36,611 bases of DNA from a virus (Duplodnaviria > Heunggongvirae > Uroviricota > Caudoviricetes), in IMG/VR virus record IMGVR_UViG_2874956758_000004, positions 1 to 36,611 of that record; one strand, given 5' to 3'. Below the pieces are notes generated by a model. That model made no database searches, had not been told where the DNA came from, and was given only the letters and a program-made list of their open reading frames with translations. The translations under genes were made by a program, and so were the position numbers. Shown here piece after piece: positions 10,448 through 19,920 of the stretch; the first letter of the stretch is position 1, and every line of letters starts with the position of its first letter.

Positions 10448-11077
10448 TCAGCCCCGGCTGGATCCAGTCATCAGGCTCTTTCTTAAAGGGGGAGTATTGA
10501 AATCACGAAGAAGAGCCTCCCGCACCGCAGCATCCATGTCTGCACCACTGGCAAGTGCTTCAATCTCTGCCGCCACCTGCAAATACCCCATGCAACGGCC
10601 AATGCGTTTCATAACTCTGGTGTTTTCGTCTTTCAGGCATCTGATAGCGAGATTAATAATTTTCAGGCAGTGATGATGCGATGCCCGGACAGGTTTTCCG
10701 TTCTCATAAACGACGAACTCACCCTCTTCACAGGAAACCCTGAAAGGCCGACGGGGTTCCTGGTCTTTATCCGGTGCAGACGCAATAAAATCACTTTTAT
10801 GCTCTTCCTCTCCGGCACTGTTAACCGTAATGACGTACTCAGGCCGCAGGTAAGCCGCCTCTTTTTCTGACAATGCGGCCGGTAAAAACTTTTCCTGCAA
10901 AAACTTCATAAAAGTCTCGTGAGCGACTTTGTGGCAGTAATCGTAAATCGCCGCATAATGCTCATCGCGGCGTTTGTTTTCATCTTCAGAACTCACCAAC
11001 GCCGACAATTTTTTATTAAGCTCAGTGATTTCATTTTCCAGGTGATTGAATCGCTGATTCATTTCTTCATGCTTCAT
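10448..11077 (-). CDS. Hypothetical 209-aa protein inserted between pinholin and endolysin
   Basis: ATG 3 nt after the S stop, preceded by GGGAGAG; N-terminal coiled-coil-like segment, HHH and five Cys in the C-terminal half; no family recognised. Confidence 0.6.
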   Translation of the reverse strand: MKHEEMNQRFNHLENEITELNKKLSALVSSEDENKRRDEHYAAIYDYCHKVAHETFMKFLQEKFLPAALSEKEAAYLRPEYVITVNSAGEEEHKSDFIASAPDKDQEPRRPFRVSCEEGEFVVYENGKPVRASHHHCLKIINLAIRCLKDENTRVMKRIGRCMGYLQVAAEIEALASGADMDAAVREALLRDFNTPPLRKSLMTGSSRG

Positions 11078-11080
11078 TAT

Positions 11081-11296
11081 TTACTCTCCCCGTGCAGCCT
11101 TACGCTTGTCTTCTCTTATTTTGAAATACAGATTCGTCAGATAAGTCAGAAGCCCCAGAAGCAGACTTCCCAGCACACCAATCGCAGCCCACTGTGACGG
11201 ACTGACCTGATCAAGCCACTGCAAAAACCAGTAGCCGGCACTGCCGGCGGAGGTGCCGTAGGCAATGCCCGTTGAAATTTTATCCATGGATTTCAT
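11081..11296 (-). CDS. S: Phage-21-type pinholin with dual start (Met1/Met4)
   Basis: [71 protein letters not shown] matches remembered S21. Confidence 0.85.
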   Translation of the reverse strand: MKSMDKISTGIAYGTSAGSAGYWFLQWLDQVSPSQWAAIGVLGSLLLGLLTYLTNLYFKIREDKRKAARGE

Positions 11297-11588
11297 AGCC
11301 TCACCTCCGCAAATAACGGATGGCGTAGTTTTACACTGAGAAATGAAAGGGATTTGAAAAGAAAAAAACGCAAAAGCGGGCGAAACGATATATACAGTAA
11401 GGAAAGCACTCTATCCAACAAACCACCCACAGTTAATCGGAATAAAAGCAGAGTGCTTATGAATGATCGCACGCCCGAAGGTTAGTATTTCTGCACAGCA
11501 ATTTTGCAAAAAAAGGCGATCATTCATAACTTAAACGTCTTTCAGTCACTCCGGGATTTCCCATCATCGCAGACTGAAAGACTCTGAC

Positions 11589-11663
<75 letters not shown>

Positions 11664-11666
11664 ATA

Positions 11667-11742
<76 letters not shown>

Positions 11743-11744
11743 GC

Positions 11745-11821
11745 TGGCCCACCACCGAGGACTCGAACCTCGCACCGTCAACTTAGAAGGTTGATGCTCT
11801 ATCCGGATGAGCTAGTGGTGG
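11745..11821 (-). tRNA. tRNA-Arg (anticodon UCU, reads AGA)
   Basis: Reverse complement CCACCACTAGCTCATCCGGATAGAGCATCAACCTTCTAAGTTGACGGTGCGAGGTTCGAGTCCTCGGTGGTGGGCCA; perfect acceptor stem, anticodon loop CTTCTAA. Confidence 0.75.
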
Positions 11822-11822
11822 T

Positions 11823-11899
11823 TGGTGGCCCTTGCTGGACTTGAACCAGCGACCTGGCGATTATGAGTCGCTCGCTCTGACCAACTGAGCTAAAGGGCC
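11823..11899 (-). tRNA. tRNA with CAU anticodon, ileX-like (probable lysidine tRNA-Ile2 rather than Met)
   Basis: Reverse complement GGCCCTTTAGCTCAGTTGGTCAGAGCGAGCGACTCATAATCGCCAGGTCGCTGGTTCAAGTCCAGCAAGGGCCACCA; T arm and anticodon arm resemble remembered E. coli ileX. Confidence 0.75.
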
Positions 11900-11981
11900 G
11901 GAGGCAGAATAATAACCATATGTCATCACATCTGCAAACTCATCGTAAGCGTACAGCGAGGGCCGTATTGACGGGGATGTG

Positions 11982-13514
11982 TTATTCAGCTGGCAGTGCT
12001 ATGCGCCACGGAAGCAGTTCGCTGACCCGGTTGACCGGCCAGTCTGCTATGACGCCAAGCACATGGCGAAGGTAGCTTTCTGGATCCACGTCATTCAGTT
12101 TGCACGTCCCGATCAGGCTGTACAGTAGCGCTCCCCGCTCACCACCATGGTCAGAGCCGAAGAACAGGAAGTTTTTACGACCCAGACTGACCGCCCGCAG
12201 GGCATTTTCAGCGATGTTGTTGTCGATTTCCACCCAGCCATCGTTCGCATAGTACGTCAGTGCCGGCCACTGGTTAAGTGCGTACGCGAACGCCTTCGCC
12301 AACTCTGAGTGTCGCGACAGGGTCTTCATCTTTTCACGCAACCAGCTTTCCAGGGATTTCAACAGCGGTTTCGTTTTTCGCTGACGTTCAGCAAGCCGCT
12401 GCTCTGCCGGCATTCCCCTTATATCCGCCTCTATGGCGTACAACTGACCGAGCTGCTCCAGGGCTTCTTCCGTCAGTGCTGACGGGATGCGGACGTGCAC
12501 ATCGTGGATCTTTCGGCGGGCATGAGCCCAGCAGGCAGCTTCCGTTATCCCACCATTGCGGTACAGCTCGTTGAACCCGGCGTACGCATCCGCTTGCAGC
12601 ACACCGCTGAAGCAAGCAAGATGAGTCTGCGGATGGATGCCTTTTCTGTCCGGGCTGTAAGCGAACCACACTGCAGGTGCCAACGCTGACCCGGCATTGC
12701 GGTCATCACGAACATACGCCCACAACCGCCCGGTCTTCGTCTTCTTATTACCCGGCATCAGTACCTGGACCGGGGTATCATCAGCATGGAGTTTGCCGTC
12801 AGTCATGACATAGCCATGAAGCGCCTCTTCCAGCGGAGACAGCAGCCGGCAGCATGCATCCACCCAGCCCGACAGCAGTGAACGGCTCAGCTTCACACCT
12901 TGCCGGCCGTATATTTCTGACTGGCGATACAGCGGGGTGTGCTCTGCATACTTCGAGGTCAGCACGCGGGCCAGCAGCCCCGGTCCGGCGATACCCCGCT
13001 CGATGGGCCGCGAAGGTGCAGGTGCCTGCACGATGGCATCGCACTGAGTACAGGCATGTTTTTCCCGTACCGTCCGGATAACCCGGAAGGCACTACGCAT
13101 CAACTCCAGCTGTTCGGCGGTATCCTCGCCCAGATAGCTCAGTGAACCGCCGCAGTTCGGGCAGCACGGCGCCGCAGGCAACAGTCGCTTTTCGTCACGG
13201 GGTAGTGATTCAGGGAACGGCTTACGGGTGCGGGTCTGACGCAACGGACGCTGTACTGCCGGGTCATACACCCTACCAGTCAGCGTATCGCTCTCTTTCT
13301 GAAGCCGGTTCAGATCGGCTTCCATTTGTGCGATACGGCGGGAGACTTTTTCGGAACGACTGCCGAAGTTCATCCGGCGGAGTTTATCCAGCTGCGCCTG
13401 CAGATGGTCTATTTCGCGCTCCCGGTTGCTCAGCTTTTCCTGCAGGGCGTGGATCTCCTGTTCGGCCAGGCGCTGTTTCAGCAGGAAGATGTCGTCAGAA
13501 GAGATGTCGTTCAT
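11982..13514 (-). CDS. IS66-family transposase TnpC (orf3)
   Basis: 510-aa ORF with N-terminal coiled coil and CxxC zinc-finger segment (CCPNCGG…CTQC). Confidence 0.85.
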   Translation of the reverse strand: MNDISSDDIFLLKQRLAEQEIHALQEKLSNREREIDHLQAQLDKLRRMNFGSRSEKVSRRIAQMEADLNRLQKESDTLTGRVYDPAVQRPLRQTRTRKPFPESLPRDEKRLLPAAPCCPNCGGSLSYLGEDTAEQLELMRSAFRVIRTVREKHACTQCDAIVQAPAPSRPIERGIAGPGLLARVLTSKYAEHTPLYRQSEIYGRQGVKLSRSLLSGWVDACCRLLSPLEEALHGYVMTDGKLHADDTPVQVLMPGNKKTKTGRLWAYVRDDRNAGSALAPAVWFAYSPDRKGIHPQTHLACFSGVLQADAYAGFNELYRNGGITEAACWAHARRKIHDVHVRIPSALTEEALEQLGQLYAIEADIRGMPAEQRLAERQRKTKPLLKSLESWLREKMKTLSRHSELAKAFAYALNQWPALTYYANDGWVEIDNNIAENALRAVSLGRKNFLFFGSDHGGERGALLYSLIGTCKLNDVDPESYLRHVLGVIADWPVNRVSELLPWRIALPAE

Positions 13515-13563
13515 AAGCCCGTATTTTACCGGGCTTATTCTGTGACAACCAGGATAAAGAGAT

Positions 13564-13911
13564 TTACAGCATGGTCAGGGAGGTCAGCAGCCGCTTAGGC
13601 TGTCGCCAGTCGATACCTTCCAGCAGCATCGCCAGCTGCGCCTGCGTAAGGAACACTTTGCCATCACGGGCTGACGGCCAGGCGAAGCGCCCACGCTCCA
13701 GCCGTTTGGTCAGGAGGCACAGTCCGTCACCGGTGGACCACAGCAGTTTAACCTGACTGCCGCTGCGGCCCCGGAAAATGAAAACATGGCCGGACATGGG
13801 ATCGTCTTTCAGCGCCGTCTGTACTTTCGCAGCCAGACCGTTGAAGCCATTTCTCATATCGGTGATACCGGCAACCAGCCAAATTTTGGTCCCGGAAGGT
13901 AACGGGATCAT
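13564..13911 (-). CDS. IS66-family TnpB (orf2)
   Basis: 115-aa [34 protein letters not shown]… typical of IS66 orf2. Confidence 0.85.
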   Translation of the reverse strand: MIPLPSGTKIWLVAGITDMRNGFNGLAAKVQTALKDDPMSGHVFIFRGRSGSQVKLLWSTGDGLCLLTKRLERGRFAWPSARDGKVFLTQAQLAMLLEGIDWRQPKRLLTSLTML

Positions 13912-14309
13912 CGCTTCAGTTCCTGTATCAGCAGAGTCAGGAGCTTTTCGCTGACATTGCCATTGAAGCGGAGCGTCCCGTGCCGGAACGTTACCTCACA
14001 GCTGATACTGAGGGTTTCCGGGTCCTCTGCGAGCGATTCTGGCTGTTCGGCAGCTGCATCGAGAGTCACAGGAAGTAGCTGGGGGCTCTCTGAAGAAGGT
14101 AATAGCAGCTTTCCCTCGCGCCATTGTTGTCGCCATTTGAACAACAGATTGGCGTTAATGCCATTTTCAAGAGCAAGTTTTGAGATGGATATCCCGGGTT
14201 CACAGGAGGCAGCAACGAGCTGCTGTTTAAATTCGGGAGGATAATTAGGGCAGCCTTTTCGCCTGCCGGGAGTCACATTTTTCTGCATATCTGACACTTT
14301 GGTTCCCAC
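13908..14309 (-). CDS. IS66-family TnpA (orf1)
   Basis: 133-aa ORF, first of the three-gene IS66 arrangement. Confidence 0.8.
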   Translation of the reverse strand: MGTKVSDMQKNVTPGRRKGCPNYPPEFKQQLVAASCEPGISISKLALENGINANLLFKWRQQWREGKLLLPSSESPQLLPVTLDAAAEQPESLAEDPETLSISCEVTFRHGTLRFNGNVSEKLLTLLIQELKR

Positions 14310-14430
14310 TACTTATTGGTGGACACCACTTTGTCTAATTCGTCAGATTCTGACCAGACGGTTCAGGCTGTACGCTTACAACTCATCTGACCACCAGCGT
14401 GTTTAACGTCCTGTACCGTTTTTCAGGCAT

Positions 14431-14455
14431 AAAAAACCCGCCCGGAGGCGGGTTT
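14431..14455 (-). terminator. Intrinsic terminator downstream of Q (tR'-like)
   Basis: Minus strand reads aaacccgcc tccg ggcggg followed by TTTTTTAT. Confidence 0.6.
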
Positions 14456-14541
14456 AAGCTGTGTGGCGAAGCAACCACTCTTAACAGAATATCCCGTTTT
14501 TTACGTACGTAAAATATTTTCTAGAAAGTCGTCCCTTACCA

Positions 14542-14922
14542 TCAGGGATGTTCAATATATTTGTCCATTTCTAACCGGACACCCAACATCATCAACATTC
14601 CTTCCACCACCCCCTCGGCTTTTTGTAGCTTCTTTCCTATATAACCATCTGAGCATCCATGCTTCCGCGCCAGCGTCATGAATGTCATCCCAAACACGTA
14701 GTAGTCAACCAGCAAGTCATGTAGATCGTTGTTGTTCCGGTTAAGGCGGGCCATACACCCACATATAACCATCGCGTCATCGTCACAGCATTGCGGGCGG
14801 GATTTTACTTTTGAAGGGATTAATCCCTTAAAACCGGCAGCAATGGACGACCAGGTCACATCCTCATGATTATTAGCCACCCACGCGCCCCAGCGCTCAA
14901 GAACCTGCTGAATATCACGCAT
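14542..14922 (-). CDS. Q: Late-gene antiterminator Q (DLP12 QuuD-like); start taken at MRDIQQ
   Basis: [60 protein letters not shown]… matches remembered QuuD. Confidence 0.8.
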   Translation of the reverse strand: MRDIQQVLERWGAWVANNHEDVTWSSIAAGFKGLIPSKVKSRPQCCDDDAMVICGCMARLNRNNNDLHDLLVDYYVFGMTFMTLARKHGCSDGYIGKKLQKAEGVVEGMLMMLGVRLEMDKYIEHP

Positions 14923-15118
14923 CACTGTCTTTACCCCTGTCCCATCCACGATGAACAATCAGAACACCATCAACAATGGCGTGCCCTTTGCCCTCTTTAT
15001 CTTCAGCATATTTTCTTACCGTGGCGCGATTACAGTTCAGCATTCGTGAAACTTCGGTCATATTACCTCGTGTCTGGATAAGCAGTTCCGGTATCGTTTG
15101 AATTTTGACGCTCATCAA
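14915..15118 (-). CDS. ninH: NinH-like DNA-binding protein
   Basis: …[57 protein letters not shown]… closely resembles lambda NinH. Confidence 0.75.
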   Translation of the reverse strand: MMSVKIQTIPELLIQTRGNMTEVSRMLNCNRATVRKYAEDKEGKGHAIVDGVLIVHRGWDRGKDSDA

Positions 15119-15209
15119 ATACTCTCCGGTTCGGTGATTTTTATCCCGGGCTTTCCACCAGGGACATAATGATCGCGCACAAGCCAGGGCAAAACAAACT
15201 CATGGCGCA

Positions 15210-15467
15210 TCAGCGCAGCGCCTCCTGCACCAGTTTTTCAAACTTTCCGACTCTGGTTTCCAGCTCTGCCACACAGTCCACCAGCTCATCTACTGCTTTC
15301 TGTGCGCGATGCTTCGCCTGCATCAGTTCCCGAAGCGCGGGTACCATATCTTTACGGATAGCGTCTTTTGTTATGCCCGTTTTTTCGAGTTGTTCAGCAT
15401 GACGCAGCATTTCCTGCGCGTGTTTACGCAATTGTTCAGGGGTAAAAGTCATTGTCTGGTTGTTCAA
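15210..15467 (-). CDS. Hypothetical 85-aa protein (coiled-coil-like), nin-region position
   Basis: ORF ends 3 bp inside the DnaB-like gene start region; no family recognised. Confidence 0.4.
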   Translation of the reverse strand: MNNQTMTFTPEQLRKHAQEMLRHAEQLEKTGITKDAIRKDMVPALRELMQAKHRAQKAVDELVDCVAELETRVGKFEKLVQEALR

Positions 15468-16855
15468 AAGAAACGCTCCATCTTACTGCTGTCAGTTCGT
15501 TTATTACTGTATCTGCGCGGATTGCCGGGCTTCATGGGAGTGGAAAGCACCCGTGCACTTTCCTGGTCCACAGGCAGAAAATGTCCGTTATAAAAACGCC
15601 GGTAAATCGTTCCCAGAGAACCGTTACGTTGTTTCGTGATATTGATTTCTGCGATGCCCCTGGCCTGCGTATCCGGGTTGTACACTTCATCCCTGTAAAG
15701 CATCAGAATGATGTCTGCATCCGCCTCTATTTCTCCGGAATTTTTCAGGTCTGAGTTCATGGGACGTTTATTGGGTCTGGACTCCACACCGCGGGAGAGC
15801 TGGCTCAGCGCAATCAACGGAAAACCACCGGATTTTGCCAGGCCTTTAAGCCCCTTTGAGATTTCACCCACGGCAAGGTCATGACGCCCTGTGGTTCGGG
15901 TTTTTATCAGCCCGAGATAATCAACCACCACCAGCGCCGTTTCCGGATATTTAATCAGGTGGTGTTTCGTTGTTGCGCATATCTCATCAATGGCCAGGTT
16001 CGCCTGGTCCACCATCCAGATATTGCGCCCGGTCATCCGCCCCACCCCTTGTGAGAAACGCGCCCAGTCTTCATCTTCAAAGTGAGCCACAGATTTCAGG
16101 CGTGATACTGGCATCCCTCCAGCCGCAGACACCATACGTTCACCAATCTGGATGTTCGCCATCTCCATGGTGAACAGAAGCACACCATGCCCCTGCTCAG
16201 TCACCCTGTCGATGATGTCCAGCGCAAGTTCGGTTTTCCCCATCGAAGGACGGGCGGCAATGAATACCAGGTCTCCGGGCTCCATACCGCCTGTTTTTGC
16301 GTCCAGTTCATCAATACCGGTCATCAACGTCCTGGATTTCTCCAGCCCCTGATTCCGGCATTCAACACGCTCAACCACTTCCGGAAGCACATCATCAATA
16401 TGTACCGGCTGAATGACGCCCTTTCCTGTCGACAGTGTGACCATCATGTTCTGCGCATCCTTCAGGGCATCTTCAGCTGCTTCACAGGTATGCGCATCAC
16501 GTAATTTCTGCAGCGCCTCATTCAGTGTTTTTTCTGCATCGCGCAGTGCGGCATTGCGCCGCAACGCTGCAACATAGTGCTCCAGTGAAGACTTCACCCA
16601 GGTTTTACGCCCGGTATCAGTAATCACCGGGGCAAGTTCCGGCATCTCATTACACAACAGCACGGGGTCAATCACTCCTGAAACACGGGCCTGTCTGCAG
16701 ATGCCTGTATAGATATCCTGATACGCTCGTACAGAAAAAACGTCCGCTGGCAGTGTGGCCAGAATATCCATCACTTCAGGATCTGCTCCGCGCAGAAAGA
16801 ACGCGCCGATGACAGCGCCTTCAAGGTCATCGTTACGCCATACTGGAGTTGTCAT
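15464..16855 (-). CDS. DnaB-family replicative helicase
   Basis: 463-aa ORF with Walker A ARPSMGKTELAL and DnaB-like C-terminal domain. Confidence 0.85.
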   Translation of the reverse strand: MTTPVWRNDDLEGAVIGAFFLRGADPEVMDILATLPADVFSVRAYQDIYTGICRQARVSGVIDPVLLCNEMPELAPVITDTGRKTWVKSSLEHYVAALRRNAALRDAEKTLNEALQKLRDAHTCEAAEDALKDAQNMMVTLSTGKGVIQPVHIDDVLPEVVERVECRNQGLEKSRTLMTGIDELDAKTGGMEPGDLVFIAARPSMGKTELALDIIDRVTEQGHGVLLFTMEMANIQIGERMVSAAGGMPVSRLKSVAHFEDEDWARFSQGVGRMTGRNIWMVDQANLAIDEICATTKHHLIKYPETALVVVDYLGLIKTRTTGRHDLAVGEISKGLKGLAKSGGFPLIALSQLSRGVESRPNKRPMNSDLKNSGEIEADADIILMLYRDEVYNPDTQARGIAEINITKQRNGSLGTIYRRFYNGHFLPVDQESARVLSTPMKPGNPRRYSNKRTDSSKMERFF

Positions 16856-17739
16856 GCAGCCACACCTCTGATACGAGAACGGTAACTGGGCCAGTTAAAC
16901 GACAACCAGTTGCGTCCCCCGTCTGTGATCCTGTCGGCAATTCGGGGACTGATGAACGCCCACAACTCTTCCGGTGAGAGGTTACTGATCAGAATGGTGG
17001 GCAAGATACTTTCGTACCTGGCGTTGATAATTTCCTGCAAAATAGCCATTTCAGCCGCGCTGCCAAACTGAACGCCAACTTCGTCGATGATCAGCAAATC
17101 CATTGACGCATAACGCTCAATAACTTCATCCGCTGTTTTTTCGCTGTCATTCCGCCAGCAATTTTTCACAGCACGGGTAAGGCGCATCACGTCGGTGATC
17201 TCCACACTGGCCAGATAGTTACGGATGATGTGTTTTGCCATAGCCACAGCCAGATGATTTTTTCCGGTACCACAACTGCCGGTCATAACAAGACTGGTAC
17301 CGTTCTCCAGCATATCTGGCCAGTTCTCCGCATAGCGGCGACAGGCCGCAAGATTTCTGGCTGCGTCAGGATTAACCTCCAGATAATTATCAAACTCGTA
17401 GTCCCGAAAACGCAGGGCAATTCCGGCGTTATCAGTCAGCTCTTCCGCCTTGATGGACGACAGCTCCATGGTCAAATCGTTGGCCTCAGCGATTAAGCAG
17501 TCAGAGCAGCATGAAATTTTTTCTCTGTCCTCGCCATTACGATCGCTCCACACCAGTATATTCGTGTGATATTCGCCATGTTTTTCGCAATATCCGCGAC
17601 CTTCACGCATCAGGCAGGAACGATAAGGCCATGGCTTTTCGCCCTTCTGAGCAAATGCAATCTCTGCCCGTAACTCATCCATTCGCGCCTGTAGTCTTTT
17701 TTGTTGTTCACGCAGGTTAAACGTCATCATCGCTGTCAC
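16852..17739 (-). CDS. DnaC/IstB-like AAA+ helicase loader with Cys/His-rich N-terminal segment; likely start at the internal ATG after GAGG
   Basis: Walker A GSCGTGKNHLAVAMA, Walker B LLIIDEVG; stop of the upstream initiator frame overlaps its start. Confidence 0.8.
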   Translation of the reverse strand: MTAMMTFNLREQQKRLQARMDELRAEIAFAQKGEKPWPYRSCLMREGRGYCEKHGEYHTNILVWSDRNGEDREKISCCSDCLIAEANDLTMELSSIKAEELTDNAGIALRFRDYEFDNYLEVNPDAARNLAACRRYAENWPDMLENGTSLVMTGSCGTGKNHLAVAMAKHIIRNYLASVEITDVMRLTRAVKNCWRNDSEKTADEVIERYASMDLLIIDEVGVQFGSAAEMAILQEIINARYESILPTILISNLSPEELWAFISPRIADRITDGGRNWLSFNWPSYRSRIRGVAA

Positions 17740-18154
17740 CTCAGAATGTCAGTTTGTCACTGGATTTACCGAATTTGTCAGACATGGCTCCCAGGCCAGC
17801 CAGGACATCGACCTGTCGCTGTCGCCCACCTCCGGGAGCGGCTGGCTGTTGCCAGAATTCTTCGAAGTGACGATCAGGTCCAAAGAACGTCGCTGCCTGC
17901 TTCACGAACTGTGTGCCGTTATTTCCTGTAGCACGTATCTAGGCGGCATACCGCTTCACGCCATCAAGCATGGTCTCCGGTTTTATTCCCTCCCTGATAC
18001 GGGCTTTCCAGGCTTTGAAGGCTGCTGACTTGGAATTACCACCAGCACGTTTGGGATATTCCTGCCAGGCCTGTTCAAATTCCGGTGAATATTCCTGTCG
18101 GGCAGAACGCGCTGGTGCAGACGCGTCAGCGGATGCGCCAATAGTGTTTTTAGT

Positions 18155-18206
18155 CTCTGTAGTATTCTCTGAAGTAATCTCTGTTGTATTCTCTGTTGTA
18201 TTCTCT
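18155..18206. repeat. Tandem 12-bp repeats (about 4.5 copies) inside the initiator gene
   Basis: tctctgtagtat tctctgaagtaa tctctgttgtat tctctgttgtat tctctgtaag. Confidence 0.7.
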
Positions 18207-18220
18207 GTAAGATCGAAATT

Positions 18221-18335
18221 GGTTTTCCCTTCTCCGAGGCGAGGGGTTTCCCGTGTCCGCGGTGAAGGCTTTCCCTCCTCCGCGAAATTGGGTTTTACAG
18301 TTTCCCGAAAACGGGTTTCCCCATTTCGGGAAAAC
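18221..18335. repeat. Five dispersed GGTTTCCC-type repeats at 17-23 bp spacing inside the initiator gene
   Basis: ggttttccc, ggtttcccg, gctttccct, ggttttacagtttccc, ggtttcccc, followed by an AT-rich stretch. Confidence 0.6.
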
Positions 18336-18805
18336 TGATTGTTTTCATTGATAATTTCATTAAGGCGCTCACAATCTATACGGTAGAACATTTTGTGCTC
18401 AAGACGCTTGTTGGTTTCAACCAAAATGCCTCTGGACACAAGATGCTTACGCGCTACAGCCTGTTGTTCAAATGTAAGTCCGGTTTCGTGTTGTATCTCT
18501 TCACGCGTTTATGTACGCCTTCCGCTGCATGTGCTTTATCCTGCCAGTAAAAAATCTTACCAAAGAAAATAACAGCGTGCGGACTTCCCATGTATTTAAC
18601 GAGCCCAGGGTAATAAGCAACCGGATGTCCAAAATCGAGCAGAAGATCAGACGGACGCATAGCCACCTCCCAGGCGTTTAAACATTTTCCCGGACTGAAA
18701 CACCACCAGTGGGTAACTGATGGTGTAGCTACGCCCCAGTAATTCACACACAACTTTCTGGTTGAGGTGTACTGGCAATAGCGGACACTACCATTTGTTC
18801 TTTTT

Positions 18806-19624
18806 TTAAGCAGCCATCTGATGATATTTTTCCCTGAAGGCTGCCGGGGAGATATTCCCCAGACGAGAGTGACGACGCTGACGATTGTAGAAAATCTCAA
18901 TGTATTCCCGTATTACTGAGATGGCTTCATCCCGGTTATTAAAACGATAGTGGCTCAGGCTCTCATTTTTCAGCGTTCCCCAGAAGCTTTCCATCGGAGC
19001 GTTGTCGTAACAGTTACCTTTACGCGACATTGATGTTTTCAGACCAGACTGCTCCTGTATGACCCGGTAATCGTATGCGCAGTACTGTGAACCTCGATCA
19101 GAGTGGTGGATTAGCCCGGCAGGTGGGCGCTGGCTCCTGAGCGCCATAAACAGGGCTTTACCTGTCAGCTCTTTTGTCATGCGCTCTCCCATGGCGTAGC
19201 CGACAATTTCGCACGTATAAACATCTTTGACGCCGGCGAGATACAGCCATCCTTCCCGGGTGGCAACATACGTTATATCTGCGACCCAGACCTGATTAGG
19301 TGCTGTGGGCGTAAAGTTCTGATTCAGCAGATTCGGCGTAACCGGCAGATTGTGGTCTGAGTTTGTGGTCGCCCTGAATTTGCGTTTCTGCTTACAGTGC
19401 AGCCTCAGCTCCTTACGAAGACGTGCCAGTCGGTCACGACCAACGATGATGCCATTCTCTGCCAGCTCCGTCTGGAGCCGCCGGGTTCCATATGTTTCGC
19501 GAGTGCGGATATGTGCCACCTTAATCTCCAGTTTTAGCCGCTCATCACTTTGTTTTCTGTCTGAGGGTTCATGCTGTACCCAGTTGTAATAACCGCTCCT
19601 GGATACACCAAATACCTGACACAT
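18806..19624 (-). CDS. IS600 OrfB, intact reading frame (272 aa)
   Basis: MCQVFGVSRSGYYNWVQHEPSDRK…HSDRGSQYCAYDY…YHQMAA with no internal stop. Confidence 0.85.
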   Translation of the reverse strand: MCQVFGVSRSGYYNWVQHEPSDRKQSDERLKLEIKVAHIRTRETYGTRRLQTELAENGIIVGRDRLARLRKELRLHCKQKRKFRATTNSDHNLPVTPNLLNQNFTPTAPNQVWVADITYVATREGWLYLAGVKDVYTCEIVGYAMGERMTKELTGKALFMALRSQRPPAGLIHHSDRGSQYCAYDYRVIQEQSGLKTSMSRKGNCYDNAPMESFWGTLKNESLSHYRFNNRDEAISVIREYIEIFYNRQRRHSRLGNISPAAFREKYHQMAA

Positions 19625-19920
19625 CGCTTCAACAGGGAATTGTTGTCGCCATTGTTCGACTAACGCGTATTTTTCAGCGACTCCTGGGCAAAATACGCTG
19701 TTGTAGATTCAATCTGTCAATGCAACACCCCTTTCAATTATCTCTTTCGGTGTTTTGAACTTCAGTGTCTTTCTCGGTCTGTTGTTTAGCTGAGCAGCAA
19801 CCAGATCTAGTTCATGTTGAGTATATTGGGCAAGACATGTCTTTTTAGGAAAGTACTGCCGAATTAGCCCATTTGTGTTCTCATTTGTTCCCCGCTGCCA
19901 AGGACTCTGAGGATCGCAGA

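Larger units (their letters stand above)
11945..14379 (-). mobile_element. IS66-family element (2435 bp), 8-bp target duplication AACTCATC
   Basis: Terminal inverted repeats gtaagcgtacag… / …ctgtacgcttac; aactcatc at 11937-11944 and 14380-14387; three ORFs in the IS66 order. Confidence 0.9.
17741..18660 (-). pseudogene. Replication initiator (O-like winged-helix N-terminus) disrupted by a 1-bp frame change and an in-frame TAG
   Basis: ATG at 18658-18660 preceded by GGGAGGTGG; frame changes at a T/A run near 18508-18510; TAG at 17939-17941 followed by 61 open in-frame codons ending at the DnaC-like start. Confidence 0.55.

Noticed and set aside
14388-14541. Precise -35/-10 call for the late promoter downstream of Q
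   Set aside because: Candidate hexamers are weak matches and I cannot place the start site without data; only the terminator hairpin is annotated.
18155-18206. Short tandem repeats that might suggest a CRISPR array
   Set aside because: Units are 12 bp with no spacers, lie inside a coding region and look like origin iterons; no CRISPR repeat-spacer structure was seen anywhere in the window.
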